Shown piece after piece: positions 9,996 to 21,374 of a stretch of 64,000 nt of DNA. This DNA comes from an uncultured Candidatus Saccharibacteria bacterium (GTDB lineage: Bacteria > Patescibacteriota > Minisyncoccia > Phycocordibacterales > UBA9973): contig CAZMGK010000001.1 of assembly GCA_964565825.1 (NCBI GenBank), positions 2,052 to 66,051 of the forward strand, in the 5' to 3' direction. Made by a program: the position numbers and the translations under genes. Each line of letters opens with the position of its first letter. Position 1 is the stretch's first letter. Below the pieces are notes generated by a model. It had not been told where the DNA came from and did not search any database. It saw nothing but the letters and a program-made list of their open reading frames with translations.

Positions 9996-11444
9996 TTAAT
10001 CAAAATAATGTTTAAGCCTTGCAATTTTTTCATTTGCACGAAGTTTTTCATGCACCTTTGCCTCAATCTGACGAATACGCTCACGTGTGACATTGAATTC
10101 AACACCAACCTCTTCGAGAGTATGCTGTACACCATCAACGAGTCCGTATCTCATTTCTAAAATCTTTCTTTCTTTTTCTGAGAGCTCTTGTAATGCTTCA
10201 TTGATCTGATCTTTCAACATGCGATGAGAACTTTCTTGATCGGGACGAAGGATTTTGTCATCTGCAATAAATTCTCCACGAGTAGACTTTTCGTCGTCGT
10301 CACCAATTGGCTGTTCAAGAGAGAGTGTATCTTGATTGATATTTTCAATTATATGAATCTTCTCAACCTCAACACCCATTTCTGTTGCAATTTCTTCTGG
10401 TAATGGATCACGTCCCAAATCTTGAGACAGGCGTCTGTACACTTGCTTATATTTTGAAATAGTTTCCACCATGTGTACTGGAATACGAATGGTCCGAGAC
10501 TGGTCAGCAAGAGCGCGAGTTATTGATTGACGAATCCACCATGTAGCGTAGGTACTAAATTTATACCCCTTAGTCCAATCAAATTTCTCAACGGCTTTAA
10601 AGAGTCCGATGTTCCCTTCTTGTATTAAATCAAGAAGTGTCAGATCAGCACTTCGTCCAACATATTTTTTTGCAATAGAAACAACGAGACGGAGGTTCGC
10701 GCGAGCCAAGAGTGTTCGAGCCTCTGTATCTCCAGCCTCGATCCGTTTTGCCAAATCACGTTCTTCGCTTGCATGAATAAGTGCATACTGTCCAATTTCT
10801 TTTAGATACATTTGAATAGAATCATATGACGAGGCGTCTTTACCAAGTTTGAAATCTTTCTTCTTTTCCTCTGGGTCCATATCAAGCAAATTTCCACCTT
10901 CCAAGATATCAATCCCGGCAAGCTGTAATTTACTATATAATTCTTCCAAAAAGACTAGATTATTTTCAATATTTGGAAATGACTTGAGTATCTCATCGTA
11001 GGTAATAAAATGACGTTTCTTACCTTTTTCAACAAGTGCATCCATGATGTCTACTTGGTCTTCTATTTTCTTGCTGTGTTTTGTGTTTAAAACAATTTTT
11101 TTCTCAGGAGCTAGATTTTTCTTGGCTGGTATTTTTTTAGTAGGTTTTTTAGCAACCACAGAACTAGCTTTTTTCGCCACACCTGTAACTCGAGATTTTT
11201 TGACAGGAGTCGGTTTCTTTTTTAGAGGGGTCGTTTTCATAGCTGCTTTTTTTACCACAGCCGAAGCCTTGTTCGAGGTTTTGTATTGAGATTTTTTGAC
11301 AGGAGTCGGTTTCTTTTTTAGAGGGGTCGTTTTCATAACTGCTTTTTTTGCAACAGCGGAAGCGACTCTTTTAATCACAGCCTTTGGTTGGGACTTTTTG
11401 ACAGGAGTCGGTTTCTTTTTTGTTTGTGTAATATTTTTTTTCAT
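9996..11444 (-). CDS. rpoD: RNA polymerase primary sigma factor with Lys/Ala-rich repetitive N-terminal extension
   Basis: [54 protein letters not shown] motifs. Confidence 0.97.
   Translation of the reverse strand: MKKNITQTKKKPTPVKKSQPKAVIKRVASAVAKKAVMKTTPLKKKPTPVKKSQYKTSNKASAVVKKAAMKTTPLKKKPTPVKKSRVTGVAKKASSVVAKKPTKKIPAKKNLAPEKKIVLNTKHSKKIEDQVDIMDALVEKGKKRHFITYDEILKSFPNIENNLVFLEELYSKLQLAGIDILEGGNLLDMDPEEKKKDFKLGKDASSYDSIQMYLKEIGQYALIHASEERDLAKRIEAGDTEARTLLARANLRLVVSIAKKYVGRSADLTLLDLIQEGNIGLFKAVEKFDWTKGYKFSTYATWWIRQSITRALADQSRTIRIPVHMVETISKYKQVYRRLSQDLGRDPLPEEIATEMGVEVEKIHIIENINQDTLSLEQPIGDDDEKSTRGEFIADDKILRPDQESSHRMLKDQINEALQELSEKERKILEMRYGLVDGVQHTLEEVGVEFNVTRERIRQIEAKVHEKLRANEKIARLKHYFD
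11192..11421. repeat. Intragenic repeats in the rpoD N-terminus ([10 protein letters not shown] x3); 11192-11241 = 11288-11337
   Basis: 50-bp identical copies 96 bp apart plus a partial third copy at ~11395-11421. Confidence 0.85.
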
Positions 11445-11455
11445 CGTATTTATTT

Positions 11456-13171
11456 TTACCTACCCTCATTACGAGTTTGGGTAATTTTTCTAGTAATTTC
11501 TGCGACCTCTTCTAATTTGGATGATGAGTCGACACCGAGTAACTCATCTGATTTTAACTCCTCTTTGAGTCTCTCTAATTTCTGTTTATAAAAATCTTTT
11601 TCAAACGCTTCGAGTAAAAATTGACTATCTTTCACCAAGCTCTCATTGTTTGTGTATGTTTTTTCTATGAGAAACATCAGTTCTTCTTTCCTTGTTTCGT
11701 ACATATCCCTGTGCGTATCATACTCGTCTTTCATGATGTCTTTTAGTTTCGTTTCGAATGTACTGGCATGTTGCATATCGCCCTTATGCTCAAAATAGAA
11801 TAATATCCCAAACAGTGTATCAGTGAGCGTTCGTGTTTGTGTTTTTTGTTCTGGAATCATCTGTTTATACTCTGTGTTCTGTGTTTTATATTTTTTAAAG
11901 TCATCGTGAAGAGTTTGTTCTTGGATGTGGATGAGTGTAGCTATTTTTGATAATACATGAGCTTGCTCAATAGAACTTTGAATATATAACACGAGTGGCC
12001 AAATCTTTTCAGAGATACTCTTGTAGAAGATTCTTTCAGATGTATTATTTTTAAGATAACTCACAAAAAAGATGATAGCCTCCTCTTTTGTGTCAATCAG
12101 CGTTTTTATTTTTTCTGGATGTTCACGTGCAATATCTGCCATATCTTTACCATCAGTAATAGAAATACAGAATACGGTAAAACCGGTTTGCAATGCTTCA
12201 AGCGTTGCTTTGTACATTGCCTTAATCCCCGCTTTGTCATTATCAAACGCCAAATAAATACTATCTGTAAAACGTTTGATAATTCCTAAGTGGGAAACAA
12301 AACCCTCTGTGTCGTAGGTGTCTCCGGAAAATGCTGTACCTGAACTTGCAACAACTGCGTGCACTCCAGATTGATGCGTCATGACAACATCCATTTGTCC
12401 TTCGACAACAATCACTCTTTTTTGCTTCCGAATCGCTTCTTTCGCTTGATATAAACCAAAGAGTACTTTACCTTTGTTGAAAAGAACTGTTTCTGGTGAA
12501 TTGATATACTTTGCTTCTTTTGGATCTGTACCGATTGTCCTCCCCGAAAATCCGATAACTCTGCCATTTGTATCCATAAATGGGAACATAATCCTATTCC
12601 TGAAGCGGTCGTACTTTTTATACTCCCCAGCTTTAATCAAACCAGCGTCTTCTATGTCTTTGTCAGAATATCCTTTCTTTTGTAAATGAGAATACAGTGA
12701 GCTCCAGCCATCTTGGGCATATCCAATACGAAATAGTTTCATCGTCTCTGATTGTACACCTCTTTTTTGGAGATAGGTTACTGCGTGAGGCGTATGGTCA
12801 AGGTTCTCCGAAAAAAAGAGTGTTGCGTCTTCTAGGATAGAATAGAGGACTTTTTTAGAATCTAACTGGTGCTCAGTTACCTTGTATTCCGTGAGTGGAA
12901 CATTTGTTTTTTCTGCCAATTGCTTGAGTGTCGTTTTGAAATCCATTCCTTCGTACTCTTGGACGAAGGAAAATATATCGCCTTTTTTACCACACCCAAA
13001 ACAATAGTAGGTATCGCGTTCAGTAGAAATATAGAACGAGGGAGATTTTTCAGAATGAAATGGGCACAGTGCCTTGTAGTTTTTGCCCGCTTTTTCAATT
13101 TTAATGTACCCCTCAATACACTCTACAATAGTGAGCCGAGATTTTATTTCTTCTACGACAGCTCGTTGCAT
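11456..13171 (-). CDS. dnaG: DNA primase
   Basis: CPFH..K.PSF...CFGC zinc finger, [36 protein letters not shown]. Confidence 0.97.
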   Translation of the reverse strand: MQRAVVEEIKSRLTIVECIEGYIKIEKAGKNYKALCPFHSEKSPSFYISTERDTYYCFGCGKKGDIFSFVQEYEGMDFKTTLKQLAEKTNVPLTEYKVTEHQLDSKKVLYSILEDATLFFSENLDHTPHAVTYLQKRGVQSETMKLFRIGYAQDGWSSLYSHLQKKGYSDKDIEDAGLIKAGEYKKYDRFRNRIMFPFMDTNGRVIGFSGRTIGTDPKEAKYINSPETVLFNKGKVLFGLYQAKEAIRKQKRVIVVEGQMDVVMTHQSGVHAVVASSGTAFSGDTYDTEGFVSHLGIIKRFTDSIYLAFDNDKAGIKAMYKATLEALQTGFTVFCISITDGKDMADIAREHPEKIKTLIDTKEEAIIFFVSYLKNNTSERIFYKSISEKIWPLVLYIQSSIEQAHVLSKIATLIHIQEQTLHDDFKKYKTQNTEYKQMIPEQKTQTRTLTDTLFGILFYFEHKGDMQHASTFETKLKDIMKDEYDTHRDMYETRKEELMFLIEKTYTNNESLVKDSQFLLEAFEKDFYKQKLERLKEELKSDELLGVDSSSKLEEVAEITRKITQTRNEGR

Positions 13172-13179
13172 ATAGCGTA

Positions 13180-16100
13180 TTACTCTGTACGTGCATCTAC
13201 ACGCTTTTTGAATCCAGTACCGGCAGGAATAAGTCCTCCGATAATGACATTTTCTTTAAGACCTCGAAGGCGGTCAACACCGCCACGAACAGCATTGTTG
13301 ATAAGAACACGGTTTGTGTTTTGGAAAGAAGCAGCTGAAAGCCAACTTGTAGTCGTCAGTGACACATCAGTAATACCCAAGACCATGGTGTCGCCAATTG
13401 CTTTGATACCACCGTCGTCTTCGATACGTGTATTTTCTTCAATCATTTCAATGAGTTCTACGATTTCCCCACCTGAGAAATGAGAATCACCAGAAGATTT
13501 TATCTTAATACGTGAGAACATTTGCTTGATGATAATTTCAATATGTTTTCGTGAAATAGACGCACCTTGAAGTTCGTACACTTTGTTAATTTCATCAATG
13601 ATGTAGTCTTCAGTAATTTTCTTACCACCGAATTTAAACACTTGTGTAATATCAGCAGATCCATCAGTAAGGCGTTGGCCTGCGACAACAATGTCTCCTG
13701 CTTTGACGAGCGGATTACGCTTGAATGGAACTTTGTATTCTGTAGAGTTACCAGTCTTGCCGTCTATTTTATCTTCAAGAACAACAATTGTTTTTTCATT
13801 ATCTTCTTTTCGGATCTCAAGAATCACACCACTAAACTGACAGATAACAGATGGATTTTTTGGTAGACGTCGTTCAAAGATTTCTTCAACACGAGGAAGA
13901 CCTGCAGTAATATCAACATTCGCAACTCCACCAGAGTGGAATGTTCGAAGTGTGAGCTGTGTTCCTGGTTCTCCGATCGCTTGTGCAGCGACGATACCAA
14001 CAGCTTCACCAACATCAACGAGTTTGTTGCGTCCAAGGTCGAGACCGTAACACATTTGGCAAACACCATGAGTTGTTTTACATGCGAGTGGTGTTCGAAC
14101 AAGAGCACTTTCAATACCGATTTTTTCAATAGTAAGAGCATCTTCTCGAGAGATGAGCGCATTTTTCTTGTAGATAACTTTACCGTCTTTATCCTTAATA
14201 TCTTCAAGGAGGATTCGTCCACGAATATTTTTTGAAAGTGGAATTTCAACTCCCATAACGTTGTCTTTCTTTGCAATACGTCCTTCTTTTGTTTTACAAT
14301 CGGTCTCAGTAATTACCACATCTTGCGCAACGTCAACGAGACGACGTGTAAGGTATCCCGCTTTCGCTGTTGAGAGCGCTGTATCGGCAAGACCCTTACG
14401 AGAACCGTGAGTAATAATAAAGTATTCAATAGGAGAAAGTCCTTCTTTGTAAGACGGAATAACAGGGAAATCAATCGTACGTCCTTGTGTGTTGACGATC
14501 AATCCTTTCATACCAGCCATCTGTGAGATTTGTCCGACAGATCCGCGAGCTCCGGAAACGACCATGTCGTACACAGAACCAGCACTGTTGAGTGTTTCTG
14601 GAATAAGTTTTTCAATTTCTTTTTTCGCTCGTTCCCAGATTTCAATGACTTTGTGATATTTTTCATCTTTTGATAAAAGTCCATCGTTGTACTGTTCAAT
14701 AACCACTGTTTCTTCAAGACGTGAAGCAGCTACAATTGGTTTCTTTCCTGCTGGAATCTTCACGTTGTCGAATCCAAATGTTGTTCCTGAAATAGTAGAG
14801 TATTTGAAGCCGAAATCTTTTATCTTGTCGAGAATTGGTGGAGTCGCGTCGATACCAACTTGAGTGATCACTTCATCCACAAGACTCGACATTACTTTCT
14901 TGGTAATTTCTTTGTGTATGTACGGGAAATCATTCGGCAAAATACTATTGAAGAGAAGTTTTCCGACAGTAGTGTCGAAGAGTCCACCTTGAAATGCATT
15001 ATAGCGAGGTGATTCGTTTGCAAGGACTTTAATTTTTGCACGAAAACCAAGAATACCGTGTTCGTAGGCAGCAATTGCTTCGTTTGGACTTGAGTAGATT
15101 CCTCCTTCACCTTTTTCACCAGGAACGTCTTTGGTCATCCAGTAGCATCCAAGAATAATGTCGTTTGATGGGTTAACGATTGGTTCTCCTGATTGAGGTT
15201 TCAAAAGATTTTTGTTTGACGCCATGAGCTCGCGAGCTTCGGTCTGTGCTTCAACTGAGAGCGGAACATACACAGCCATTTGGTCTCCATCGAAGTCAGC
15301 GTTGAAAGCCGCACACACAAGTGGGTGAAGCTGGATAGCATTTCCTTCAATCAAAATAGGTTGAAAAGCCTGAATACCAAGACGGTGAAGCGTCGGTGCG
15401 CGGTTCAAGAGAACATGTTTTCCTTGAATTACTTCTTCGAGGATTGCCCAAACTTCTGGAATTTCTTCTTCGATGAGTTTATTTGCACCACGAATATTGT
15501 AGGTAAATTCACGGGAGATAAGTTTTGAGACCACAAAAGGTTTGAACAGTTCAAGTGCCATATGTTTTGGAAGTCCACATTGACTGAGGCGGAGTGTCGG
15601 ACCAATAACAATAACAGAACGACCAGAATAGTCTACACGCTTTCCTAAAAGATTTTGTCGGAACAATCCTTGTTTTGATTTCAAGTTATCAGCCAAAGAT
15701 TTGAGTGCTCGTTTTTGTGACTGACTCATTGCTTGAGTGTCATTTTGACTTGCAATTGAGTTGTCCAAAAGTGCATCTACTGCTTCTTGGAGAATACGTT
15801 TTTCATTACGCAAAATGACATCCGGTGCGCCGATTTCTTTCAATTTTTTCAAACGGTTGTTTCTGTTTATCACACGTCGGTACAAGTCGTTCACGTCGGA
15901 AGTCGCATGACGACCACCATCGAGCGCGACCATAGGACGAAGTGCTGGTGGAATAACAGGAAGCACAGTCAAGAACATCCACTCTGGACGCATGTCAGCA
16001 TGAATCATTGAACGAATAAGTGCGAGTCTCTTTTCTAGTTTTTCTTTTTCGGTTGCACTTGCTTTTGCGACAAGAGCTTCGGTGATATCATGCAATTTTT

Positions 16101-16797
16101 GTAAATCGATATTTTTGAAGATTGTGTAGATTGCTTCTGCACCAATAGATGCATCGAAACAAGTACTGTATTTGAGACTATAGTGATGAAATTGTATTTC
16201 ATTGAGGACTTTTCCTTCGTAGATTTCAGCGATTTCTTTCTTTGCTGTAGCAAAAAGACCTTTCAGTTTTTCTTTATCTTCTTCACCTTGGATGCTTTTA
16301 GCTTTCAATTTAAATTCGGAATCAAGGTCACTTAAGAGCTGTTCTTTTTCTTTTGCATGTACTTTCACAATGATATATCCTGCAAAATAGATAACTTTTT
16401 CCAAATCAGTTACAGGGATATTCAAAAGAATTGACATACGTGATGGAATACCACGAAGAAACCAAATATGAGCAACAGGTGAGGCCAATTCGATGTGCCC
16501 CATACGTTCACGTCGTACGACACTTCTCGTTACTTCGACTCCACATTTTTCACAGACAATATCCTTGTATCTAATACGTCGATATTTTCCACAGTAACAT
16601 TCAAAGTCTTTTTCGGGACCAAACACGCGTTCGTCAAAAAGACCACCACGTTCACTACGTCCAGTTCGATAGTTGATCGTTTCTGGTTTGGTTACTTCTC
16701 CGTATGACCAGTCTTTGATTCTCTCAGGAGATGCAAGGTTGATACTAATAGCATCAAACTTTTTTGTATTAATATTTTTATCAGTATTTGTTTGCAT
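13180..16797 (-). CDS. rpoC: RNA polymerase beta' subunit
   Basis: KPETINYRT, NADFDGDQMAV catalytic motif, GKRVDYSGRSV, GLKENVIIG. Confidence 0.99.
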   Translation of the reverse strand: MQTNTDKNINTKKFDAISINLASPERIKDWSYGEVTKPETINYRTGRSERGGLFDERVFGPEKDFECYCGKYRRIRYKDIVCEKCGVEVTRSVVRRERMGHIELASPVAHIWFLRGIPSRMSILLNIPVTDLEKVIYFAGYIIVKVHAKEKEQLLSDLDSEFKLKAKSIQGEEDKEKLKGLFATAKKEIAEIYEGKVLNEIQFHHYSLKYSTCFDASIGAEAIYTIFKNIDLQKLHDITEALVAKASATEKEKLEKRLALIRSMIHADMRPEWMFLTVLPVIPPALRPMVALDGGRHATSDVNDLYRRVINRNNRLKKLKEIGAPDVILRNEKRILQEAVDALLDNSIASQNDTQAMSQSQKRALKSLADNLKSKQGLFRQNLLGKRVDYSGRSVIVIGPTLRLSQCGLPKHMALELFKPFVVSKLISREFTYNIRGANKLIEEEIPEVWAILEEVIQGKHVLLNRAPTLHRLGIQAFQPILIEGNAIQLHPLVCAAFNADFDGDQMAVYVPLSVEAQTEARELMASNKNLLKPQSGEPIVNPSNDIILGCYWMTKDVPGEKGEGGIYSSPNEAIAAYEHGILGFRAKIKVLANESPRYNAFQGGLFDTTVGKLLFNSILPNDFPYIHKEITKKVMSSLVDEVITQVGIDATPPILDKIKDFGFKYSTISGTTFGFDNVKIPAGKKPIVAASRLEETVVIEQYNDGLLSKDEKYHKVIEIWERAKKEIEKLIPETLNSAGSVYDMVVSGARGSVGQISQMAGMKGLIVNTQGRTIDFPVIPSYKEGLSPIEYFIITHGSRKGLADTALSTAKAGYLTRRLVDVAQDVVITETDCKTKEGRIAKKDNVMGVEIPLSKNIRGRILLEDIKDKDGKVIYKKNALISREDALTIEKIGIESALVRTPLACKTTHGVCQMCYGLDLGRNKLVDVGEAVGIVAAQAIGEPGTQLTLRTFHSGGVANVDITAGLPRVEEIFERRLPKNPSVICQFSGVILEIRKEDNEKTIVVLEDKIDGKTGNSTEYKVPFKRNPLVKAGDIVVAGQRLTDGSADITQVFKFGGKKITEDYIIDEINKVYELQGASISRKHIEIIIKQMFSRIKIKSSGDSHFSGGEIVELIEMIEENTRIEDDGGIKAIGDTMVLGITDVSLTTTSWLSAASFQNTNRVLINNAVRGGVDRLRGLKENVIIGGLIPAGTGFKKRVDARTE

Positions 16798-16801
16798 ACT
16801 A

Positions 16802-19800
16802 TTATTCGTTATTTGCTACAGGAGCCTCATCAAAATCGACTTCATTTTGATTAATAAGATTTATATCAAGAGCTAGACCACGAAGGTAATTGAGCATAAC
16901 AGAAAATGACGCTGGAGTATTTGGTGCTCGTAATTCTTCTCCTTTGATAATAGAATCGAAGGCAGCAGTACGTCCCATAATATCATCTGACTTGATGGTG
17001 AGCATTTCTCGAAGTATGTGCGCTGCACCGTATCCTTCAAGAGCCCACACTTCCATTTCTCCGAAACGCTGTCCTCCGCCTTGAGCTTTACCTCCGAGTG
17101 GTTGTTGGGTAATAAGAGAGTACGGACCGATACTACGCATGTGAATCTTGTCTTGTACCATGTGGTGAAGTTTCAACACGTGCATAATACCAACTGCGAT
17201 ATCTTGGTCAAATTTGTCTCCGGTTCGTCCGTCGTACAGTGCGATACGTCCATTTTCAGGAATACCTGCTTTTTTTAATTCTTCACGAATTTCGTCTTCA
17301 CCTGCTCCGCAAAATGCTGGAACGATGGCTTGATATCCAAGCGTATGAGCAGCGAGACCCAAGTGCATTTCAAGAATCTGCCCCAAGTTCATACGTGATG
17401 GCACACCGAGTGGTGTCAAAATAATATCAACTGGTTTTCCATCTACGGTATATGGCATATCTTCTTCTGGGAGAATCGTTGAGATGACACCTTTGTTTCC
17501 GTGACGTCCAGCAAGTTTATCTCCCACTGAAATGTTTCGAAGCTGTGCAACTTCAATAACGATTTTTTTGATAATTCCACTTTCAAGAGAATGACCTTGT
17601 TCACGTGAAAAAACTTTGACATTAATAACGCGTCCTTTCTTTCCGTGTTCAACACGAAGTGACGTGTCTTTTACATCACGTGCTTTTTCAGCAAAAATAG
17701 AGCGAAGGAGCTTTTCTTCTGGAGTGAGTTCTGTTTCTCCTTTTGGTGTAATTTTTCCAACCAAGATATCGTTCTCTCGAACTTCAGCACCAACGCGGAT
17801 GATACCGTCTTCATCGAGATCCTTGAGTTTTCCTTCTCCGATGTTTGGAATATCACGAGTTGTTAATTCGGGACCGAGTTTTGTATCACGAACGAGACAA
17901 ATAAACTCTTCGATATACATTGATGAGAACTTACTATTTTTTACAAGGCGTTCAGATAAAATAATCGCATCTTCAAAGTTTGCACCATTCCATGGCATAA
18001 ATGCAACGAGAACGTTTTGTCCAAGCGCGATTTGTCCTTCTTGAGAAGAAGAGGTGTCTCCGATTACTTGTCCTTTGGTTACTTTTTCACCGACAGAAAC
18101 CATTGGTCGTTGGTGAAAAGAAGTGAAGTTGTTTGTTCTTTCAAAGTTAACCAGTGTTTGTGTGTATTTTTTACCTTTTTCATCTTCGACAGTAATATGT
18201 TTTGAATCTACTTCAGTCACCGTACCATTTACAGGAGAAAGAGGAAGGCGTCCAGAATCTTTTGCTGCCATCGCTTCCATACCAGTTGCCACAAGAGGAA
18301 CGTCTGGAATAATACAAGGTGTTGCTTGTTTTTGCATGTTTGATCCCATGAGTGCACGGTTTGCATCATCATGTTCCAAAAATGGAATCATCGAAGTCGC
18401 AATAGAAAATGCTTGGTTTGGAGCAACGTCAATAAAATCTACTTTATCTCTTCCGATCAAACCTGGTTCAGTGAAAATACGTGCTTCGACTTGTTCTACG
18501 AGAATATTTCCTTTACTGTCGTACGGCGTCAATGCGTGTGCAATACTGTATTGCTCTTCCTCGAGTGCGTTAAGATAGACAATCTCTCCAGTCACGCGAC
18601 CTTTTACTACTTTTGAATAGGGTGTTTCAATGATTCCGTATTCATTCACTTTTGCATAAGAAGACATGTGCAAGATAAGACCGATGTTTGGTCCTTCTGG
18701 TGTATGGATAGGACACACACGTCCATAGTGAGATGTGTGCACGTCACGAACTTCAAGTCCTGCGCGCTCACGTGTAAGTCCACCGGGACCAAGCGCTGAA
18801 AGCGTACGGAGGTTTTCAATTTCTGCCAAGATATTTTCTTGGTTCATAAATTGAGAGAGTTGGTTTGTGGTGAAAAATTCTTTCACACGAGCCTGGAGAG
18901 GACGCTGGTTAATCACGTTTATTGGCATTGTTGTCATGGTATCCATTGTAGACATACGGTCTTGCACATTTCGTTTGATCTGTGTCATACCAACACGCAT
19001 TTTTTGCTGAAGGAGTTCTCCGACAAAACGCACACGTCGTTGCCCGAGGTGGTCGATATCATCTGCTTTCATATCTGGGTGAGTATTTAAATCGTAGATA
19101 TGATTTATCACGGTTACAATATCTTCGATAGAGAGCGTACGTCGGTCAAGATCTTTTTTATCAAGTGATTGAGCAAAACGCTGATTGAAACGGAAACGAC
19201 CAATAGGTGAAAGATCGTATCGTTCAGTCGATAAAATTGCAGTAATAAAATCACGAGCATTGGCAGCGGTAGCAAGATCGCCATCTCTTAATCTTTTGTA
19301 AATCTCAATAGCGCTTTCATTGACGTCTTTTGCTGTTTCTTTTTCAATTGCGGTTTTTATCTGAGGCAAGTAAGGACTGTTTTTAAATGCTTTTTCAATA
19401 GCTTCATTGGTTGCAAGACCCATTACTCGAAGGAGCGCAATTATAGAAAATTTTCTTTTTTTATCAATACGTACATAGACGATATTATCTGCATCTGTTT
19501 CAAGTTCTATCCAGACACCACGTGCTGGGATAATTTTTGCACCAAAATATTTTTTACCTTTTATGTCTTCTTCAGTAAAGAAGATACCAAAACTACGCGC
19601 GAGCTGTGGCACCATGACACGCTCGACACCATTGATAATAAATGTTCCGTGCGCAGTCATCAATGGCAAGTCAACAAGAAAAATTTCTTGTTCTTTGGTT
19701 TCATTGATTATTTTATTTACTAATTTGATACGTGCTTTTAATTGACCATCGTATGTTAATTTATTTGCTTTCGCAAATCGTTCATCATGCTTTGGTTCAC

Positions 19801-19999
19801 CAAGCACAAAAGAGCTAAATGATAGCTCAAATTTTTTGCCAGAATAATCATTGATTGGTGAAAATTCTTTAAATACTTCTTTTAACCCTTCGCGAACGAA
19901 CCAATCGAAACTCTCGAGTTGGTTCTCGAGCAAGTTAGGAAGTGGTGCGAGCGGCGTATTGTATTTTGAAAAATACTTTTTTTCTCTTTGCGTGTGCAT
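16802..19999 (-). CDS. rpoB: RNA polymerase beta subunit (start taken at ATG 19999)
   Basis: GDKLAGRHGNKGV, HDDANRALMGSNMQ, GGQRFGEMEVWALE. Confidence 0.99.
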   Translation of the reverse strand: MHTQREKKYFSKYNTPLAPLPNLLENQLESFDWFVREGLKEVFKEFSPINDYSGKKFELSFSSFVLGEPKHDERFAKANKLTYDGQLKARIKLVNKIINETKEQEIFLVDLPLMTAHGTFIINGVERVMVPQLARSFGIFFTEEDIKGKKYFGAKIIPARGVWIELETDADNIVYVRIDKKRKFSIIALLRVMGLATNEAIEKAFKNSPYLPQIKTAIEKETAKDVNESAIEIYKRLRDGDLATAANARDFITAILSTERYDLSPIGRFRFNQRFAQSLDKKDLDRRTLSIEDIVTVINHIYDLNTHPDMKADDIDHLGQRRVRFVGELLQQKMRVGMTQIKRNVQDRMSTMDTMTTMPINVINQRPLQARVKEFFTTNQLSQFMNQENILAEIENLRTLSALGPGGLTRERAGLEVRDVHTSHYGRVCPIHTPEGPNIGLILHMSSYAKVNEYGIIETPYSKVVKGRVTGEIVYLNALEEEQYSIAHALTPYDSKGNILVEQVEARIFTEPGLIGRDKVDFIDVAPNQAFSIATSMIPFLEHDDANRALMGSNMQKQATPCIIPDVPLVATGMEAMAAKDSGRLPLSPVNGTVTEVDSKHITVEDEKGKKYTQTLVNFERTNNFTSFHQRPMVSVGEKVTKGQVIGDTSSSQEGQIALGQNVLVAFMPWNGANFEDAIILSERLVKNSKFSSMYIEEFICLVRDTKLGPELTTRDIPNIGEGKLKDLDEDGIIRVGAEVRENDILVGKITPKGETELTPEEKLLRSIFAEKARDVKDTSLRVEHGKKGRVINVKVFSREQGHSLESGIIKKIVIEVAQLRNISVGDKLAGRHGNKGVISTILPEEDMPYTVDGKPVDIILTPLGVPSRMNLGQILEMHLGLAAHTLGYQAIVPAFCGAGEDEIREELKKAGIPENGRIALYDGRTGDKFDQDIAVGIMHVLKLHHMVQDKIHMRSIGPYSLITQQPLGGKAQGGGQRFGEMEVWALEGYGAAHILREMLTIKSDDIMGRTAAFDSIIKGEELRAPNTPASFSVMLNYLRGLALDINLINQNEVDFDEAPVANNE

Positions 20000-20241
20000 A
20001 TTTCTCTCTATGAAATTACCTATACCCAAACATAAAAAACCAAGACGTACATCTTAGTTAGTATATAAATACTTAGTTATTTTTGTTTGAGTATATCAAT
20101 ATAAAATATTGGGGGCTTATAAAACCAAAGCAAATTCCATAACTCAATCAAGGCTCTAGTACAATAAACATACAGTATTTGAGGAAAAAAGTCAACATAT
20201 TTTGCCTGCTTGAAAAAGCAGTCCTTTTTGGTTTTCTGTAT

Positions 20242-20483
20242 TGTCATTCCGGACCCCGATCTGGAATCCAGTCTTTTTATAAAGACCCAATTCCTCATTA
20301 CTTTTTAACCGCCAAAAAGTAACCAAAAACGCTCTCGACCAGCACTTTTTTAATTACCCTAGGGCATCCTCTCTTGCTTCGCAATTCACCTTGACCCACG
20401 TAACTCGGACTCACTAAAAATACTAATCCCGACGTAAAGTCGGGACCCCGAACAAAGCTTCGGGGCTCGCTTCACTCAAACAG
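20242..20483. repeat. Cluster of short palindromic/REP-like units between trmD and rpoB
   Basis: TGTCATTCCGGA..GATCTGGAATCCAG (20242-20271); TTACTTTTT..AAAAAGTAACCAAAAA (20298-20329); TCCCGAC-GTAAA-GTCGGGA (20427-20445); CCCCGAA..TTCGGGG (20446-20465). Confidence 0.65.
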
Positions 20484-20626
20484 AGTATTTTTTCCTACGG
20501 AACGAAACCTCTCATTGGTTTGTCTAACGAAAAGAGAGAAATGTGCATGAATACAATTGTATATAAAAAATGACTACCTTTACAAGGTAGTCATATTTAT
20601 ATTTTATTAAAATTAGAAATTGGATA

Positions 20627-21331
20627 TTAGGAATTTTTTTTCCGCTCCTCTATTTTTTTATGATTTCCGGACACAAATACCTCGGGGACTTTGTATTTTT
20701 TGCCTTTATACTCGATGACTTCAGGTCTGGTGTAAAATTCATTTGAAGAAACACGTTCTTCTTCCCGAGAATCAAAATTACCGAGTACTCCTTCTACTTG
20801 CCGAGCCATACAGTCAATCATCACGAGCGCTGGTAATTCCCCACCTGTGAGCACATAGTCTCCGATCGAGACTTCTTCCGCCTTGAGTATATTTTTTACA
20901 CGCACATCTATTCCTTCGTAACGACCAGAGAGAATAACAATGTCGGTATATTTCTTGGTGGTGTTTTTTGCATACACAGTATTAAAGAGCGTACCATGTG
21001 GACCGAGTAAGATTATTTTAGTTTTTGGTTTTGTTGTTTCTTTTTTTGTTGGTTTTCTTTTCTCTATTTTTTTCAGAATCGTATCTACACAATCGAGCAC
21101 TGGTTCAGCACGGATGACCATTCCTGGTCCCCCACCATACGGCCGATCATCAACAATTTTCTGAACATTGCCATCTGGCCAGACTTTGCGATATTTTCCT
21201 TTGACATAGTCACGAGGATTATAAAAAGCCACAGAGATTTTTTTCTCTTTGATTGCCCGCGCCAAAATAGAATCCGTCAGATACGGTTCGCAGATATTTG
21301 CAAATAATGTCACTATATGAAAACGAAGCAT
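20627..21331 (-). CDS. trmD: tRNA (guanine-N1)-methyltransferase
   Basis: VDDRPYGGGPGMV, GRYEGID, SIGDYVLTGGE. Confidence 0.97.
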   Translation of the reverse strand: MLRFHIVTLFANICEPYLTDSILARAIKEKKISVAFYNPRDYVKGKYRKVWPDGNVQKIVDDRPYGGGPGMVIRAEPVLDCVDTILKKIEKRKPTKKETTKPKTKIILLGPHGTLFNTVYAKNTTKKYTDIVILSGRYEGIDVRVKNILKAEEVSIGDYVLTGGELPALVMIDCMARQVEGVLGNFDSREEERVSSNEFYTRPEVIEYKGKKYKVPEVFVSGNHKKIEERKKNS

Positions 21332-21374
21332 GTATTGAATGTACCTTATCTAAATAGATACGTAAAGTAGCATC

